Shown here: positions 17,759 to 26,208 of the stretch, in pieces | How positions within the stretch are numbered: the first letter of the stretch is position 1 | Layout of the letters: each line of letters begins with the position of its first letter | From: Eubacteriales bacterium | GTDB lineage: Bacteria; Bacillota; Clostridia; Oscillospirales; CAG-272 | DNA: 64,000 nt | Assembly: GCA_045658225.1 (NCBI GenBank) | Contig: JAZOUO010000068.1 | Span: 4,509-68,508, forward strand | Direction: 5' to 3' | Position numbers and translations under genes: made by a program | The notes under the pieces: model-generated | The model's database searches: none | What the model saw: only the letters and a program-made list of their open reading frames with translations | Told to the model about the DNA's origin: nothing

Positions 17759-18886
17759 TTAGCGTGCTATAAATCCGATGATGAGACCGCCAACTACCGC
17801 GGATGCTATCTGACCTGATACGTTAGCTCCTGCCGCGTGCATAAGCAGGTGATTGCAGGGGTCTTCCTTGATACCCATCTTTTCAACTACTCTCGACGCC
17901 ATGGGGAATGCGGAAATACCTGCCGCGCCTACCATGGGGTTTATCTTTTCTTTTGAGAAGAGATTCATTATCTTTGCGCACATAATCCCGCCAAACGTGT
18001 CGAATACGAACGCGAACAGACCAAGAACCATAATAATGAGAGTCTCAACTCTCATAAATGCTTCGGCTTTCATCTGGAAAGAGATCGTAAGACCGAGAAG
18101 GAGAGTTATAATGTTGGAGAAAGATGTCTGCGCCGTGTCGGAAAGCGATCCGAGGACGGTACATTCACGCAAGAGATTACCGAACATAAGCATACCGACC
18201 AGCGACAGTGAGCCGGGGGCGATAAGTCCCGCAACTATGGAAACTGCGATGGGGAATATGATCTTTAAGACCTTGGGAACCTGCTTTGCGTTGTAGTGCA
18301 TTCTTATTAGACGTTCCTTTTTTGTGGTGCAAGCCTTGATAACTACGGGCTGCACTATGGGCACAAGCGCCATATACGAGTACGCCACCACCATAATAGG
18401 TCCGACGTAGTTTGACATAAGCCTCTGTGCAACCATGATGGACGTAGGTCCGTCAGCCGCGCCTATAATTGCGATAGACGCCGCATCGTTTACGGGGAAG
18501 CCTATCATTGCCGCGAGTATCATTGTGACAAATATACCGAGCTGTGCAGCGCCGCCAAGTATAAAGAGTTTGGGGTTGGCAAGCAGTGGGCCAAAGTCGA
18601 TCATTGCACCGATACCTATAAACAGAAGCAAAGGCATAGCCTCTCCTGCCTCAATTCCGACCTTGAAGAGCTGGGCGATAATTCCCTCGCCCTCGACTGC
18701 AACCGCCGAGAAGGGAAGATTGACAAGTATTGCACCAAAGCCCATGGGGAGCAGAAGCGCGGGTTCCATATCCTTTTTGATTGCGAGGAATATCAGTACG
18801 GTGCCGATTATCCACATAGCTACCATTTTCCAGGTGAGCGCGCCAAAGCCTTCGGTCAGAAAGCTTAATTCATTAAGAAAGTCCAT
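17759..18886 (-). CDS. sodium ion-translocating decarboxylase beta subunit (OadB/GcdB/MmdB family)
   Basis: 375-aa polytopic protein. The N-terminus ...WKMVAMWIIGTVLIFLAIKKDMEPALLLPMGFGAILVNLP and the segments GIGAMIDFGPLLANP and IIGAADGPT are typical of the family. Confidence 0.85.
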   Translation of the reverse strand: MDFLNELSFLTEGFGALTWKMVAMWIIGTVLIFLAIKKDMEPALLLPMGFGAILVNLPFSAVAVEGEGIIAQLFKVGIEAGEAMPLLLFIGIGAMIDFGPLLANPKLFILGGAAQLGIFVTMILAAMIGFPVNDAASIAIIGAADGPTSIMVAQRLMSNYVGPIMVVAYSYMALVPIVQPVVIKACTTKKERLIRMHYNAKQVPKVLKIIFPIAVSIVAGLIAPGSLSLVGMLMFGNLLRECTVLGSLSDTAQTSFSNIITLLLGLTISFQMKAEAFMRVETLIIMVLGLFAFVFDTFGGIMCAKIMNLFSKEKINPMVGAAGISAFPMASRVVEKMGIKEDPCNHLLMHAAGANVSGQIASAVVGGLIIGFIAR

Positions 18887-18902
18887 TTCTACCTCCGCAA
18901 GT

Positions 18903-19064
18903 AAAAATTCGGGTATGCGCTAAGTCATACCCGAATGAAAGCATAGTTTTCTCATAATATAACCTGGCATACGTATATTATGAGTCTCGCAATTTAATAC
19001 AAGCCAAGCTCTTATGAGCCGGTGATTGTTGACTTGCAACGCAATGCGCCTGCTACTCCCTCAT
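18903..19064 (-). promoter_or_regulatory. structured 5' leader: riboswitch-like aptamer plus intrinsic terminator (attenuator)
   Basis: On the minus strand: AUGAG-GGAGUAGC...UCAACAAUCACCGGCUC...GCGAGAC-UCAU (19064-18980). An alternative 11-bp hairpin follows (18951-18984). The terminator is UUCGGGUAUG-N8-CAUACCCGAA-UUUUU (18935-18903), directly before the RBS GGAGG. Confidence 0.6.
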
Positions 19065-19078
19065 TTTTTATTCAAATT

Positions 19079-19107
19079 ATTTTAACACGGCAACGGGATT
19101 TTGTCAA
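19079..19107 (-). promoter_or_regulatory. promoter of the leader-oadB operon
   Basis: On the minus strand: TTGACA (19107-19102), 17-nt spacer ending in TGt, TAAAAT (19084-19079). Confidence 0.65.
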
Positions 19108-19122
19108 CCAAAAATGATAAAA

Positions 19123-19338
19123 TTATTCGCCGTCGGGCGCGATGTATTCCGTAATGTCAATAGCCGAGAGCTTTTGCTGGTTAAATTTGCCCTTTGTGCG
19201 CTCGAAATACTGGATATTGTTGCGGAGCATAAACACAAACTGATTATTAGGGGTTCTGCCCTCAGCCTCGGATATATAGATGAGCTTGCGGAGCAAATCC
19301 TCGGAGAGACGTACTGTTATTTCGGGTTGTTTTTTCAT
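19123..19338 (-). CDS. small ribbon-helix-helix (Arc/CopG-like) DNA-binding protein
   Basis: 71 aa. ITVRLSEDLLRKLIYISEAEGRTPNNQFVFMLRNNIQYFE fits a beta-strand/helix/helix RHH pattern. Its start overlaps the upstream stop (ATGA). Confidence 0.55.
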   Translation of the reverse strand: MKKQPEITVRLSEDLLRKLIYISEAEGRTPNNQFVFMLRNNIQYFERTKGKFNQQKLSAIDITEYIAPDGE

Positions 19339-19901
19339 AATTTCCAGTCCTTTTTCTGTGGTATTTCGGCGCGTCTTGCCGCCGAGTGATTAAGTCTTTT
19401 TATGTGAGCAAAGGCCTCGGGCGTGGTCTCAAAATACACTGCGCACTGATCCTCGCCCTCGGAAAAAATACCGTAGTAGATGTTGTCAGAATCAAGTGAG
19501 GAAATGAAAATATAGTCCTTGTGCAGAGTTTTGCCCTCCATTCTCTCAGACGCCTCGGGCGTGAAAAGACCCACTTCGTAAAAGGACTTTATATCAAGCT
19601 CGAGAGAGATTTTTCTGCGGGACTTTGCCACTATCTTGGTTATTGTGAGTCTGTTGTCCAAAATGACACTTTCAAACTCTATATGCGTAAATCTCCAAGT
19701 GAAAAATATAAGAAGTATCTCTACTCCTACGACTGCTATCAACGCAGGTATGAGCAGCATTGAGCCGTAGAATAGATTTACCGACAGTATGATTGCGGCG
19801 ATGGGAAAAAGTATATATGCCATAATGAAAAGCATCTTTTTTGTCAGCAGTTCCCCTGTGGCTTTCTGCTTGACTATATATTCGTAGCTTCCGTTTGCCA
19901 T
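19335..19901 (-). CDS. hypothetical two-TM membrane protein with a soluble C-terminal domain
   Basis: The ATG at 19901 is preceded by GGAGGG; the track start at 19937 is a GTG. TM hairpin LFIMAYILFPIAAIILSVNLF / LLIPALIAVVGVEILLIFFTW. I recognised no family. Confidence 0.55.
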   Translation of the reverse strand: MANGSYEYIVKQKATGELLTKKMLFIMAYILFPIAAIILSVNLFYGSMLLIPALIAVVGVEILLIFFTWRFTHIEFESVILDNRLTITKIVAKSRRKISLELDIKSFYEVGLFTPEASERMEGKTLHKDYIFISSLDSDNIYYGIFSEGEDQCAVYFETTPEAFAHIKRLNHSAARRAEIPQKKDWKL

Positions 19902-20118
19902 ACGCCCTCCGTTAAGATAAATATCTATAAGCGCCACGCAAGAAGCTGGCGACTGTAAACATTATAACACACAAAATGTCTTTTTTCAATCTTGTGCGGC
20001 AAAAAATATAAAAAAATAAATAAAAACGGACAAAACCGTCTTGATATTTCACCATGTGTGTAGTATAATTATGATAAGCCGCAGATGCGGCGAATAAATG
20101 ATTATGCGAGGACACAAA

Positions 20119-20388
20119 ATGAAAGCAGTAATTACCGTGACGGGAAAGGATTCCGTTGGAATAATCGCAAAGGTCTCCACAGAATGCGCAAAGGTCGGAG
20201 CAAATATTCTTGATATTTCGCAGAGCGTTCTCTCGGACTATTTTGCTATGATAATGCTTGCGGATATACAGTCGCTCATGCTTCCTTTTTCCGAGTTTGT
20301 TGACAAAATGGGAGAGCTTGGACACGCAATGGGACTTGAGATCCACGTAATGCACGAGGATATTTTCAACACGATGCATCACATCTGA
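20119..20388 (+). CDS. ACT domain protein (UPF0237 family)
   Basis: MKAVITVTGKDSVGIIAKVSTECAKVGANILDISQSV is the typical UPF0237 ACT N-terminus. The RBS GAGGA lies 7 nt upstream of the ATG at 20119. Confidence 0.8.
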   Translation: MKAVITVTGKDSVGIIAKVSTECAKVGANILDISQSVLSDYFAMIMLADIQSLMLPFSEFVDKMGELGHAMGLEIHVMHEDIFNTMHHI

Positions 20389-20403
20389 AAGACGGGCTGA
20401 ACA

Positions 20404-21762
20404 ATGGTAAATACTAAAGACATACTTGAAACTATAAATATGATACGCGAGGAAAACCTCGATATCCGTACCATTACTATGGGTATCTCGCTTTATGACT
20501 GCGTGAGCGAGGACGAGGATAGACTTTGCGAAAAAATTTACGATAAGATAACAACCAAAGCTGAAAAGCTTGTAGCTACGGGTTGCGGAATTGAAAAGGA
20601 ATACGGCATTCCGATAGTTAATAAAAGAGTGTCCGTGACACCCGTGTCTCTCGTGGGTGGAGCTATCTCTCCCGAGGGATATATAAAGGTGGCAAAGACT
20701 CTTGACAGAGCTGCAAAGACTCTTGGAATAAACTTCATCGGCGGTTTTTCTGCGCTTGTGCAGAAGGGTATGACACAGGGTGCAAAGAATATGATATCCG
20801 TAATTCCCGAGGCGCTTGCAGAAACGGACTTTGTTTGCTCGTCCGTAAACGTCGCATCTACCAAGGCGGGAGTCAATATGGATGCAATACGCCTCATGGG
20901 TCAGACAGTGAAGCGTGCGGCATATCTCACACGCGACAAGGACTCGATAGGCTGCGCAAAGCTCGTGGTGTTTGCGAATGTCCCCGAGGATAATCCGTTT
21001 ATGGCGGGAGCTTTCCACGGGGTCGGAGAGGACGAATGTGTAATAAACGTAGGCGTTTCGGGCCCGGGCGTTGTAAGCTCTGCTATACAGAGAGCAGGGG
21101 ACTGTGACCTGTCCGAGCTTGCGGATATAATCAAAAAGACTGCATTTAAGATAACCAGAGTTGGTCAGCTTGTGGCAAGCGAAGCGTCAAGACGTCTTGA
21201 CGTGCCATTTGGAATTGTTGACTTGTCTCTCGCGCCCACGCCCGCGATAGGCGACAGCGTGGCACACATACTTGAAAATATGGGACTTGAGTCTTGCGGA
21301 TGTCACGGCACTACTGCTGCACTTGCTATGCTTAACGACGCTGTTAAGAAGGGCGGAGTTATGGCATCAAGCCACGTTGGAGGACTTTCGGGTGCGTTTA
21401 TCCCCGTGTCCGAGGACGCAGGAATGATTGCGGCTGTGGAGCGAGGCGCGCTGACGCTTGAAAAGCTTGAGGCAATGACGGCGGTATGCTCGGTTGGGCT
21501 TGATATGATAGCTATTCCGGGTGACACAGACGAAAACGTTATCTGCGGAATTATTGCCGATGAGATAGCGATAGGAGTTGTTAACACAAAGACAACCGCG
21601 GTGCGTGTTATTCCTGCCTACGGCAAGGGAGTTGGCGACTGTATAGACTACGGCGGACTGCTCGGTCGTGCGCCCATTATGGACATAAACAAATATTCCC
21701 CTGCTAAGTTTATAGGCAGAGGAGGAAGAATCCCCGCGCCTATACATAGTCTGAAGAATTAA
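20404..21762 (+). CDS. UPF0210 (DUF711) family protein
   Basis: [27 protein letters not shown] is the characteristic UPF0210 N-terminus. Length is 452 aa, and it shows the conserved pairing with the ACT protein. Confidence 0.8.
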   Translation: MVNTKDILETINMIREENLDIRTITMGISLYDCVSEDEDRLCEKIYDKITTKAEKLVATGCGIEKEYGIPIVNKRVSVTPVSLVGGAISPEGYIKVAKTLDRAAKTLGINFIGGFSALVQKGMTQGAKNMISVIPEALAETDFVCSSVNVASTKAGVNMDAIRLMGQTVKRAAYLTRDKDSIGCAKLVVFANVPEDNPFMAGAFHGVGEDECVINVGVSGPGVVSSAIQRAGDCDLSELADIIKKTAFKITRVGQLVASEASRRLDVPFGIVDLSLAPTPAIGDSVAHILENMGLESCGCHGTTAALAMLNDAVKKGGVMASSHVGGLSGAFIPVSEDAGMIAAVERGALTLEKLEAMTAVCSVGLDMIAIPGDTDENVICGIIADEIAIGVVNTKTTAVRVIPAYGKGVGDCIDYGGLLGRAPIMDINKYSPAKFIGRGGRIPAPIHSLKN

Positions 21763-21778
21763 AATGGAGGAAAATAAT

Positions 21779-22072
21779 ATGAATGATATGATAGTTGAAA
21801 AAATTGATGAAATGAAGGACCATGCATACGATGCATTGTTCGCAGAAAAGACGGAGCTTGAAAGAAAAAGAAATTTCTGGAGGGGGCTCTTTATCGTGAC
21901 AGCGTGTATTCTTGGTGCGATTACCATAGGATTTATTGTTTATACATTGCTCAAAAAGAAATTCAATAACAGACTTATGGCAAATCTCAAGGCGCATTTT
22001 TCCAGAGAGGTTGACGACCTTGACTTTATCGACCTTGCAAGCGATGACGTCTCGGTAGATATGGTTGATTGA
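21779..22072 (+). CDS. small single-pass membrane protein (hypothetical)
   Basis: RBS GGAGGA 8 nt upstream of the ATG at 21779. TM segment GLFIVTACILGAITIGFIVYTLL and an acidic C-terminus. Its stop overlaps the next start (TGATG). Confidence 0.55.
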   Translation: MNDMIVEKIDEMKDHAYDALFAEKTELERKRNFWRGLFIVTACILGAITIGFIVYTLLKKKFNNRLMANLKAHFSREVDDLDFIDLASDDVSVDMVD

Positions 22073-22818
22073 TGATACAGGATCTTCACAGTCACACGTA
22101 TTATTCCTTTTGCAGTGGCGACAGACCCGAGGATATGGTCGAGGGAGCTATCTCTGGCGGCATTGAGCTGCTTGGTATTTGCGACCACAATCACGGAATA
22201 GGAAACGCAAGATATGACGTTTTTTGCTATGAGGGCGACTTGGGGCAGAATTATTACAGGACGCTAGTGCGTTATTTTGACCATATGAATCTTATTAAGG
22301 AAAAATATGCAGACAAAATAAACATTCTGCGCGGAATAGAGGTCTGTACGCATACTCATCTCAAGAGGACGGCACTCCCCGCGGATGCGGATATTTCGTT
22401 TTTTGACTATTGCTTGATTGAAACTCTTGACGCGGAGGAAAATTTTACCGTCACGCGCGGAGATTTGTTTTCCTACGCCGAAAGATGCGGCTGCGGTGCG
22501 GTGGGTATTGCCCATACGGATATGTTCAGCTTTATTGAGCGCAAAGGAGAGAAGCCATACGACTATTTCAAAAGAATGGCGGAGCAGGGTATATTCTGGG
22601 AGATGAATGTGAGCTACGATAGCGTACATAACTATCGTGAGCATCCCTATATGCTCAAGTTTTTTGAGGACAAGGAGCAGCAGGCGATAGTTAGAGAGTC
22701 GGGAGTGAGGCTCAGCGTGGGCTTTGACGGTCACAGAATAGCCGAATATCGCCCCGACAGAGTAAAAGAATACTGCAAAAAAATAAATGAGCTTGGAATA
22801 AAGCTCGCGTTTGAATAA
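22072..22818 (+). CDS. PHP-domain metal-dependent phosphoesterase (histidinol-phosphatase-like)
   Basis: N-terminal DLHSHTYYS, then GICDHNHG and IAHTD motifs characteristic of the PHP family. Confidence 0.75.
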   Translation: MIQDLHSHTYYSFCSGDRPEDMVEGAISGGIELLGICDHNHGIGNARYDVFCYEGDLGQNYYRTLVRYFDHMNLIKEKYADKINILRGIEVCTHTHLKRTALPADADISFFDYCLIETLDAEENFTVTRGDLFSYAERCGCGAVGIAHTDMFSFIERKGEKPYDYFKRMAEQGIFWEMNVSYDSVHNYREHPYMLKFFEDKEQQAIVRESGVRLSVGFDGHRIAEYRPDRVKEYCKKINELGIKLAFE

Positions 22819-22819
22819 T

Positions 22820-22847
22820 AAAAAGCACGGAAATTTCCGTGCTTTTT
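22820..22847. terminator. bidirectional terminator between the PHP gene and ppiB
   Basis: aaaaagcacggaaatttccgtgcttttt. Confidence 0.8.
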
Positions 22848-22853
22848 ATTTGA

Positions 22854-23354
22854 TTATTCCTCAATAACCTCAACATTTTCGATTAAGACGGGAGTTCTGG
22901 GAACGTCCTCGTACCAGCCCCAGGAGCCTGTCTTGACGCCTGCGATCATATCAACTATTTCAATGCCCTCAATTACTTTGCCAAAGCCCGCGTATGCGCC
23001 GTCAAGGTGAGGTGCGTCCATGTGCATAATAAAGAACTGTGAGGACGCGGAGTTAGGCGCAGACGTGCGCGCCATAGAAAGCACACCGCGTGTGTGGCGG
23101 AGATTGTTGGACATAAATCCGTTGGAGATAAACTCGCCCTTTATGGACTGTGCTCTCTTTTCCTGGAATTCGGGAGTAAAGCCGCCGCCCTGTATCATAA
23201 AGCCTTTGATGACGCGGTGGAATATAAGTCCGTTAAAGAAGCCCTCCTTTGCGAGTCCTACGAAGTTTTTAACCGTTTCGGGCGCCTTGTCGGGATAAAG
23301 CTCGGCAGTGATTGTGCCGAAGTCTGCTACTGTAATTTTAACCTTTGTACTCAT
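22854..23354 (-). CDS. ppiB: cyclophilin-type peptidyl-prolyl cis-trans isomerase
   Basis: FHRVIKGFMIQGGGF, SMARTSAPNSASSQFFI and GFGKVIEG motifs. Confidence 0.9.
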   Translation of the reverse strand: MSTKVKITVADFGTITAELYPDKAPETVKNFVGLAKEGFFNGLIFHRVIKGFMIQGGGFTPEFQEKRAQSIKGEFISNGFMSNNLRHTRGVLSMARTSAPNSASSQFFIMHMDAPHLDGAYAGFGKVIEGIEIVDMIAGVKTGSWGWYEDVPRTPVLIENVEVIEE

Positions 23355-23368
23355 TTTTTAGTATCCTT

Positions 23369-23767
23369 TCAATTATTGTCTATATTATTCAGAGAGTAAG
23401 CCTTGCAAAAAAGCTCGTCAATACGCTCATATCTTTCGCAAAAATACAGGTATCCGAAAAGTACCTCCATGCCCGTTGCGGCTCTATATTCCGCCGCGCT
23501 TGAGCTCTTGGGTACGTTGCCGACCGACATGTTTCTGCCGCGCTTGAATACCGACTCCTCATCGGGTTCGAGTAATGGAAGAATATTCTGCATTGCTTGC
23601 GCCTGCGCGCTTGCCTTTACGAATTTCTGTGACTCTCGGTTAAGGCTTCCTGAATGGGAAAACCCTTTATCTATAAGGAGTTTTCTGACCTTGAGTTCTA
23701 TTACCGAGTCACCGAGATATGCCAGAGCCTCGGTGGATAATTCTCTTACGTTCTGCGCCACGATCAA
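23369..23767 (-). CDS. mrnC: Mini-ribonuclease 3
   Basis: ALAYLGDSVIELKVRKLL, KRGRN and FGYLY motifs parallel B. subtilis MrnC (YazC). Length is 132 aa. Confidence 0.85.
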   Translation of the reverse strand: MIVAQNVRELSTEALAYLGDSVIELKVRKLLIDKGFSHSGSLNRESQKFVKASAQAQAMQNILPLLEPDEESVFKRGRNMSVGNVPKSSSAAEYRAATGMEVLFGYLYFCERYERIDELFCKAYSLNNIDNN

Positions 23768-24573
23768 GCCTCCTCGGAGGATCTGTTATCCTCAAGCGCA
23801 CGGTCGAGTTCCTTTTCAAACACGGACAACTCATCCTCAATACTTGCGTCGGTCAGAGGGTGAGCCGCGTTCTTTGTCTTTGTGCTGTTGTCCTGTTTGG
23901 TGGATTTTTCTGCCTTCTTTTGAGCCTTGGCATCACGCTTGCCCTCTTTTTTGACTGCCTTGACACCCTTTTTGATCTCTCTCTCGCTTTCCTTTGTCGC
24001 CGCCTCGCTGCCCTCACTGTGCTGGGGGGCTATTGCCTCAAGCATAGCGTGGGCTATGGAGTTGTAATAGTCTGCCATAGCCACGACACCGAGTATGGCG
24101 GAGAAATAATCCATATCATTTTCAATGTCAAAGCTGTTGAGCTCTATCATTTCCTTGACTGCCTCGGGGCAGGTGACCTTAGACTTGCGGCGCATCTCGA
24201 TGTACTTGTCGTACGTCTGCATCAGCGCCTTGCTGTCTGCATTCTCAATAGAGTAGAAGACATCCATCGCGCCCTTTATCTCGGAAATTGAGTAGGTGTT
24301 TTTGAGAGAGTTGATCATAAGCATCTGTATTATCTGCTCTTTGCTATATTTCTTTCCGGTTATTGGAGATATAAGTCCAGCCTTGGAATAGTTATTTACC
24401 ATAGTCTTTGTGAGTGTTCGATTGTAAAATCTCTCTGCGCCCTCGTGGGACTTGTCCGAAATAAGATGTACTATCTGATCGAGGTAAAGCGATATGGGTG
24501 GAATGTCGTCGCAGCATATCTCGGCGTCATTAACCGCATCTGAAAGTATGTTATCAAGCTCTTTGTAGTCCAT
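23764..24573 (-). CDS. DUF1836-like protein with a Lys/Glu-rich C-terminal tail
   Basis: LTKTMVNNYSKAGLISPITGKKYSKEQIIQMLMINSLK resembles the DUF1836 core as I remember it. It overlaps mrnC by 4 nt. Confidence 0.55.
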   Translation of the reverse strand: MDYKELDNILSDAVNDAEICCDDIPPISLYLDQIVHLISDKSHEGAERFYNRTLTKTMVNNYSKAGLISPITGKKYSKEQIIQMLMINSLKNTYSISEIKGAMDVFYSIENADSKALMQTYDKYIEMRRKSKVTCPEAVKEMIELNSFDIENDMDYFSAILGVVAMADYYNSIAHAMLEAIAPQHSEGSEAATKESEREIKKGVKAVKKEGKRDAKAQKKAEKSTKQDNSTKTKNAAHPLTDASIEDELSVFEKELDRALEDNRSSEEA

Positions 24574-24714
24574 AAAACAATACCGCCTATAATTTTACGT
24601 GGTACATAATACCACTTTACCTTATATTATACCACATTTTTGAGAGTTTTTCAAGTGTGTTTTGAGTAATTTGATTTATTTTTTGTCCTTTTGAGGATAA
24701 GTTGAAAAAATCTC

Positions 24715-24743
24715 TTGATTTTTTCTGTCAACCGTTGTATAAT
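24715..24743 (+). promoter_or_regulatory. asnS promoter
   Basis: TTGATT (24715-24720), 17-nt spacer, TATAAT (24738-24743). Confidence 0.6.
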
Positions 24744-24777
24744 AATGATATTAAAATGATTTCAAAGGAATTTTATT

Positions 24778-26172
24778 ATGAAAAGAACTCTTATCAAAGA
24801 AGTTTATGCCGACAAGGAAGCGTTCGGCGGCAAAGAAATAACTGTTGGCGGATGGGTGAGAAACCTCCGTGACAGTAAGGCTTTTGGATTTATAGATCTC
24901 AACGACGGCTCTTATTTCAAGAGTGTTCAGGTCGTTTTTGAAAGAGATATAGTTGATAACTACGACGAGATAGCTTCGCAGAACGTGGGTGCGGCACTTG
25001 TCGTCACGGGTGTTCTTACGCTTACACCCGAGGCAAAGCAGCCCTTTGAGCTTAAGGCTACAAAGGTAGAGGTAGAGGGCAGTAGCACTCCTGATTATCC
25101 TCTCCAGCCCAAGCGTCACTCGGTTGAGTTTTTGCGCGAGCAGGCGTATCTGCGCCCCAGAACAAATCTTTTCTCGGCTGTTTTCAGAGTCAGAAGCGAG
25201 GTTGCTTACGCAATTCACTCCTTCTTTAACCAGAGGGGATTTGTTTACGTTCATACTCCCATTATCACAGGCTCGGATGCAGAGGGCGCGGGCGAGATGT
25301 TCAGAGTGACTACTCTTGATCTCGACAATCTTCCCAAGACCGAGGACGGTAAGGTGGATTTCTCGCAGGATTTCTTCGGCAAGTCTGCCAACCTCACGGT
25401 TTCGGGTCAGCTTGAGGGTGAGACCTACGCTATGGCATTTGGAAACATATACACCTTTGGACCCACGTTCAGAGCAGAGAACTCCAACACCGCGCGTCAC
25501 GCGGCAGAGTTCTGGATGATAGAGCCCGAAATCGCGTTTGCGGATCTCAACGACGATATGGAGCTTGCGTGGGATATGATAAAGCATATCATCAATCACG
25601 TTATGGACAACTGCAAGGCAGAGCTTGAATTTTTCAACAGCTTTGTTGATAAGGGTCTTTTGGCGCGTCTTACCGCTTTGCGCGACGCGGACTACGCAAA
25701 GGTGACCTACACCGAGGCTATTGAGATACTTGAAAAGTCCAAGGCAGACTTCAAGTTCCCTGTATATTGGGGTGTTGACCTCCAGACCGAGCACGAAAGA
25801 TATCTCACGGAGCAGGTATATAAGAAGCCTATATTCCTTACGGACTATCCCAAGGAGATCAAGGCGTTCTATATGAGACTGAACGACGACAACAAGACTG
25901 TTGCGGCTATGGACCTTCTCGTTCCCGGTGTCGGCGAGATAATCGGCGGCTCGCAGAGAGAGGAGAGACTTGAGGTGCTTCTCCAGAGAATGCAGGAGTG
26001 CGGTCTTAAGGAGGAGGACTACTGGTGGTACGTAAACCTCCGCAAGTATGGCGGCACAAAGCACGCAGGATTTGGACTTGGATTTGAGCGTATTATTATG
26101 TACCTCACGGGCGTATCTAACATCCGCGACGTCATTCCTTATCCCAGAACGGTAGGAAACGCAGAATATTGA
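24778..26172 (+). CDS. asnS: asparagine--tRNA ligase
   Basis: [24 protein letters not shown]-fold N-terminus. Class II motifs [21 protein letters not shown] and [12 protein letters not shown]. Length is 464 aa. Confidence 0.95.
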   Translation: MKRTLIKEVYADKEAFGGKEITVGGWVRNLRDSKAFGFIDLNDGSYFKSVQVVFERDIVDNYDEIASQNVGAALVVTGVLTLTPEAKQPFELKATKVEVEGSSTPDYPLQPKRHSVEFLREQAYLRPRTNLFSAVFRVRSEVAYAIHSFFNQRGFVYVHTPIITGSDAEGAGEMFRVTTLDLDNLPKTEDGKVDFSQDFFGKSANLTVSGQLEGETYAMAFGNIYTFGPTFRAENSNTARHAAEFWMIEPEIAFADLNDDMELAWDMIKHIINHVMDNCKAELEFFNSFVDKGLLARLTALRDADYAKVTYTEAIEILEKSKADFKFPVYWGVDLQTEHERYLTEQVYKKPIFLTDYPKEIKAFYMRLNDDNKTVAAMDLLVPGVGEIIGGSQREERLEVLLQRMQECGLKEEDYWWYVNLRKYGGTKHAGFGLGFERIIMYLTGVSNIRDVIPYPRTVGNAEY

Positions 26173-26179
26173 TATTTAA

Positions 26180-26203
26180 AAGGCAGTCGCCAAGCGACTG
26201 CCT
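26180..26203. terminator. bidirectional terminator between asnS and recX
   Basis: aaggcagtcgc-ca-agcgactgcctt, followed by gttttt. Confidence 0.75.
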
Positions 26204-26208
26204 TGTTT

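Noticed and set aside
19912-21018. 368-aa ORF on the minus strand
   Set aside because: It is antisense to the ACT and UPF0210 genes and spans their promoter region. The composition is Cys/His/Arg-rich and implausible for a real protein.
24574-24777. T-box or amino-acid riboswitch leaders for asnS, and likewise for asd (29825-30001) and lysA
   Set aside because: The leaders are too short (~35-60 nt after the promoters). There is no T-box sequence (AGGGUGGNACCGCG-like), no specifier hairpin, and no L-box elements. lysA abuts engB with no leader at all.
24751-26064. 437-aa ORF on the minus strand
   Set aside because: It is antisense to asnS (class II aaRS motifs on the plus strand). No motifs and no RBS.
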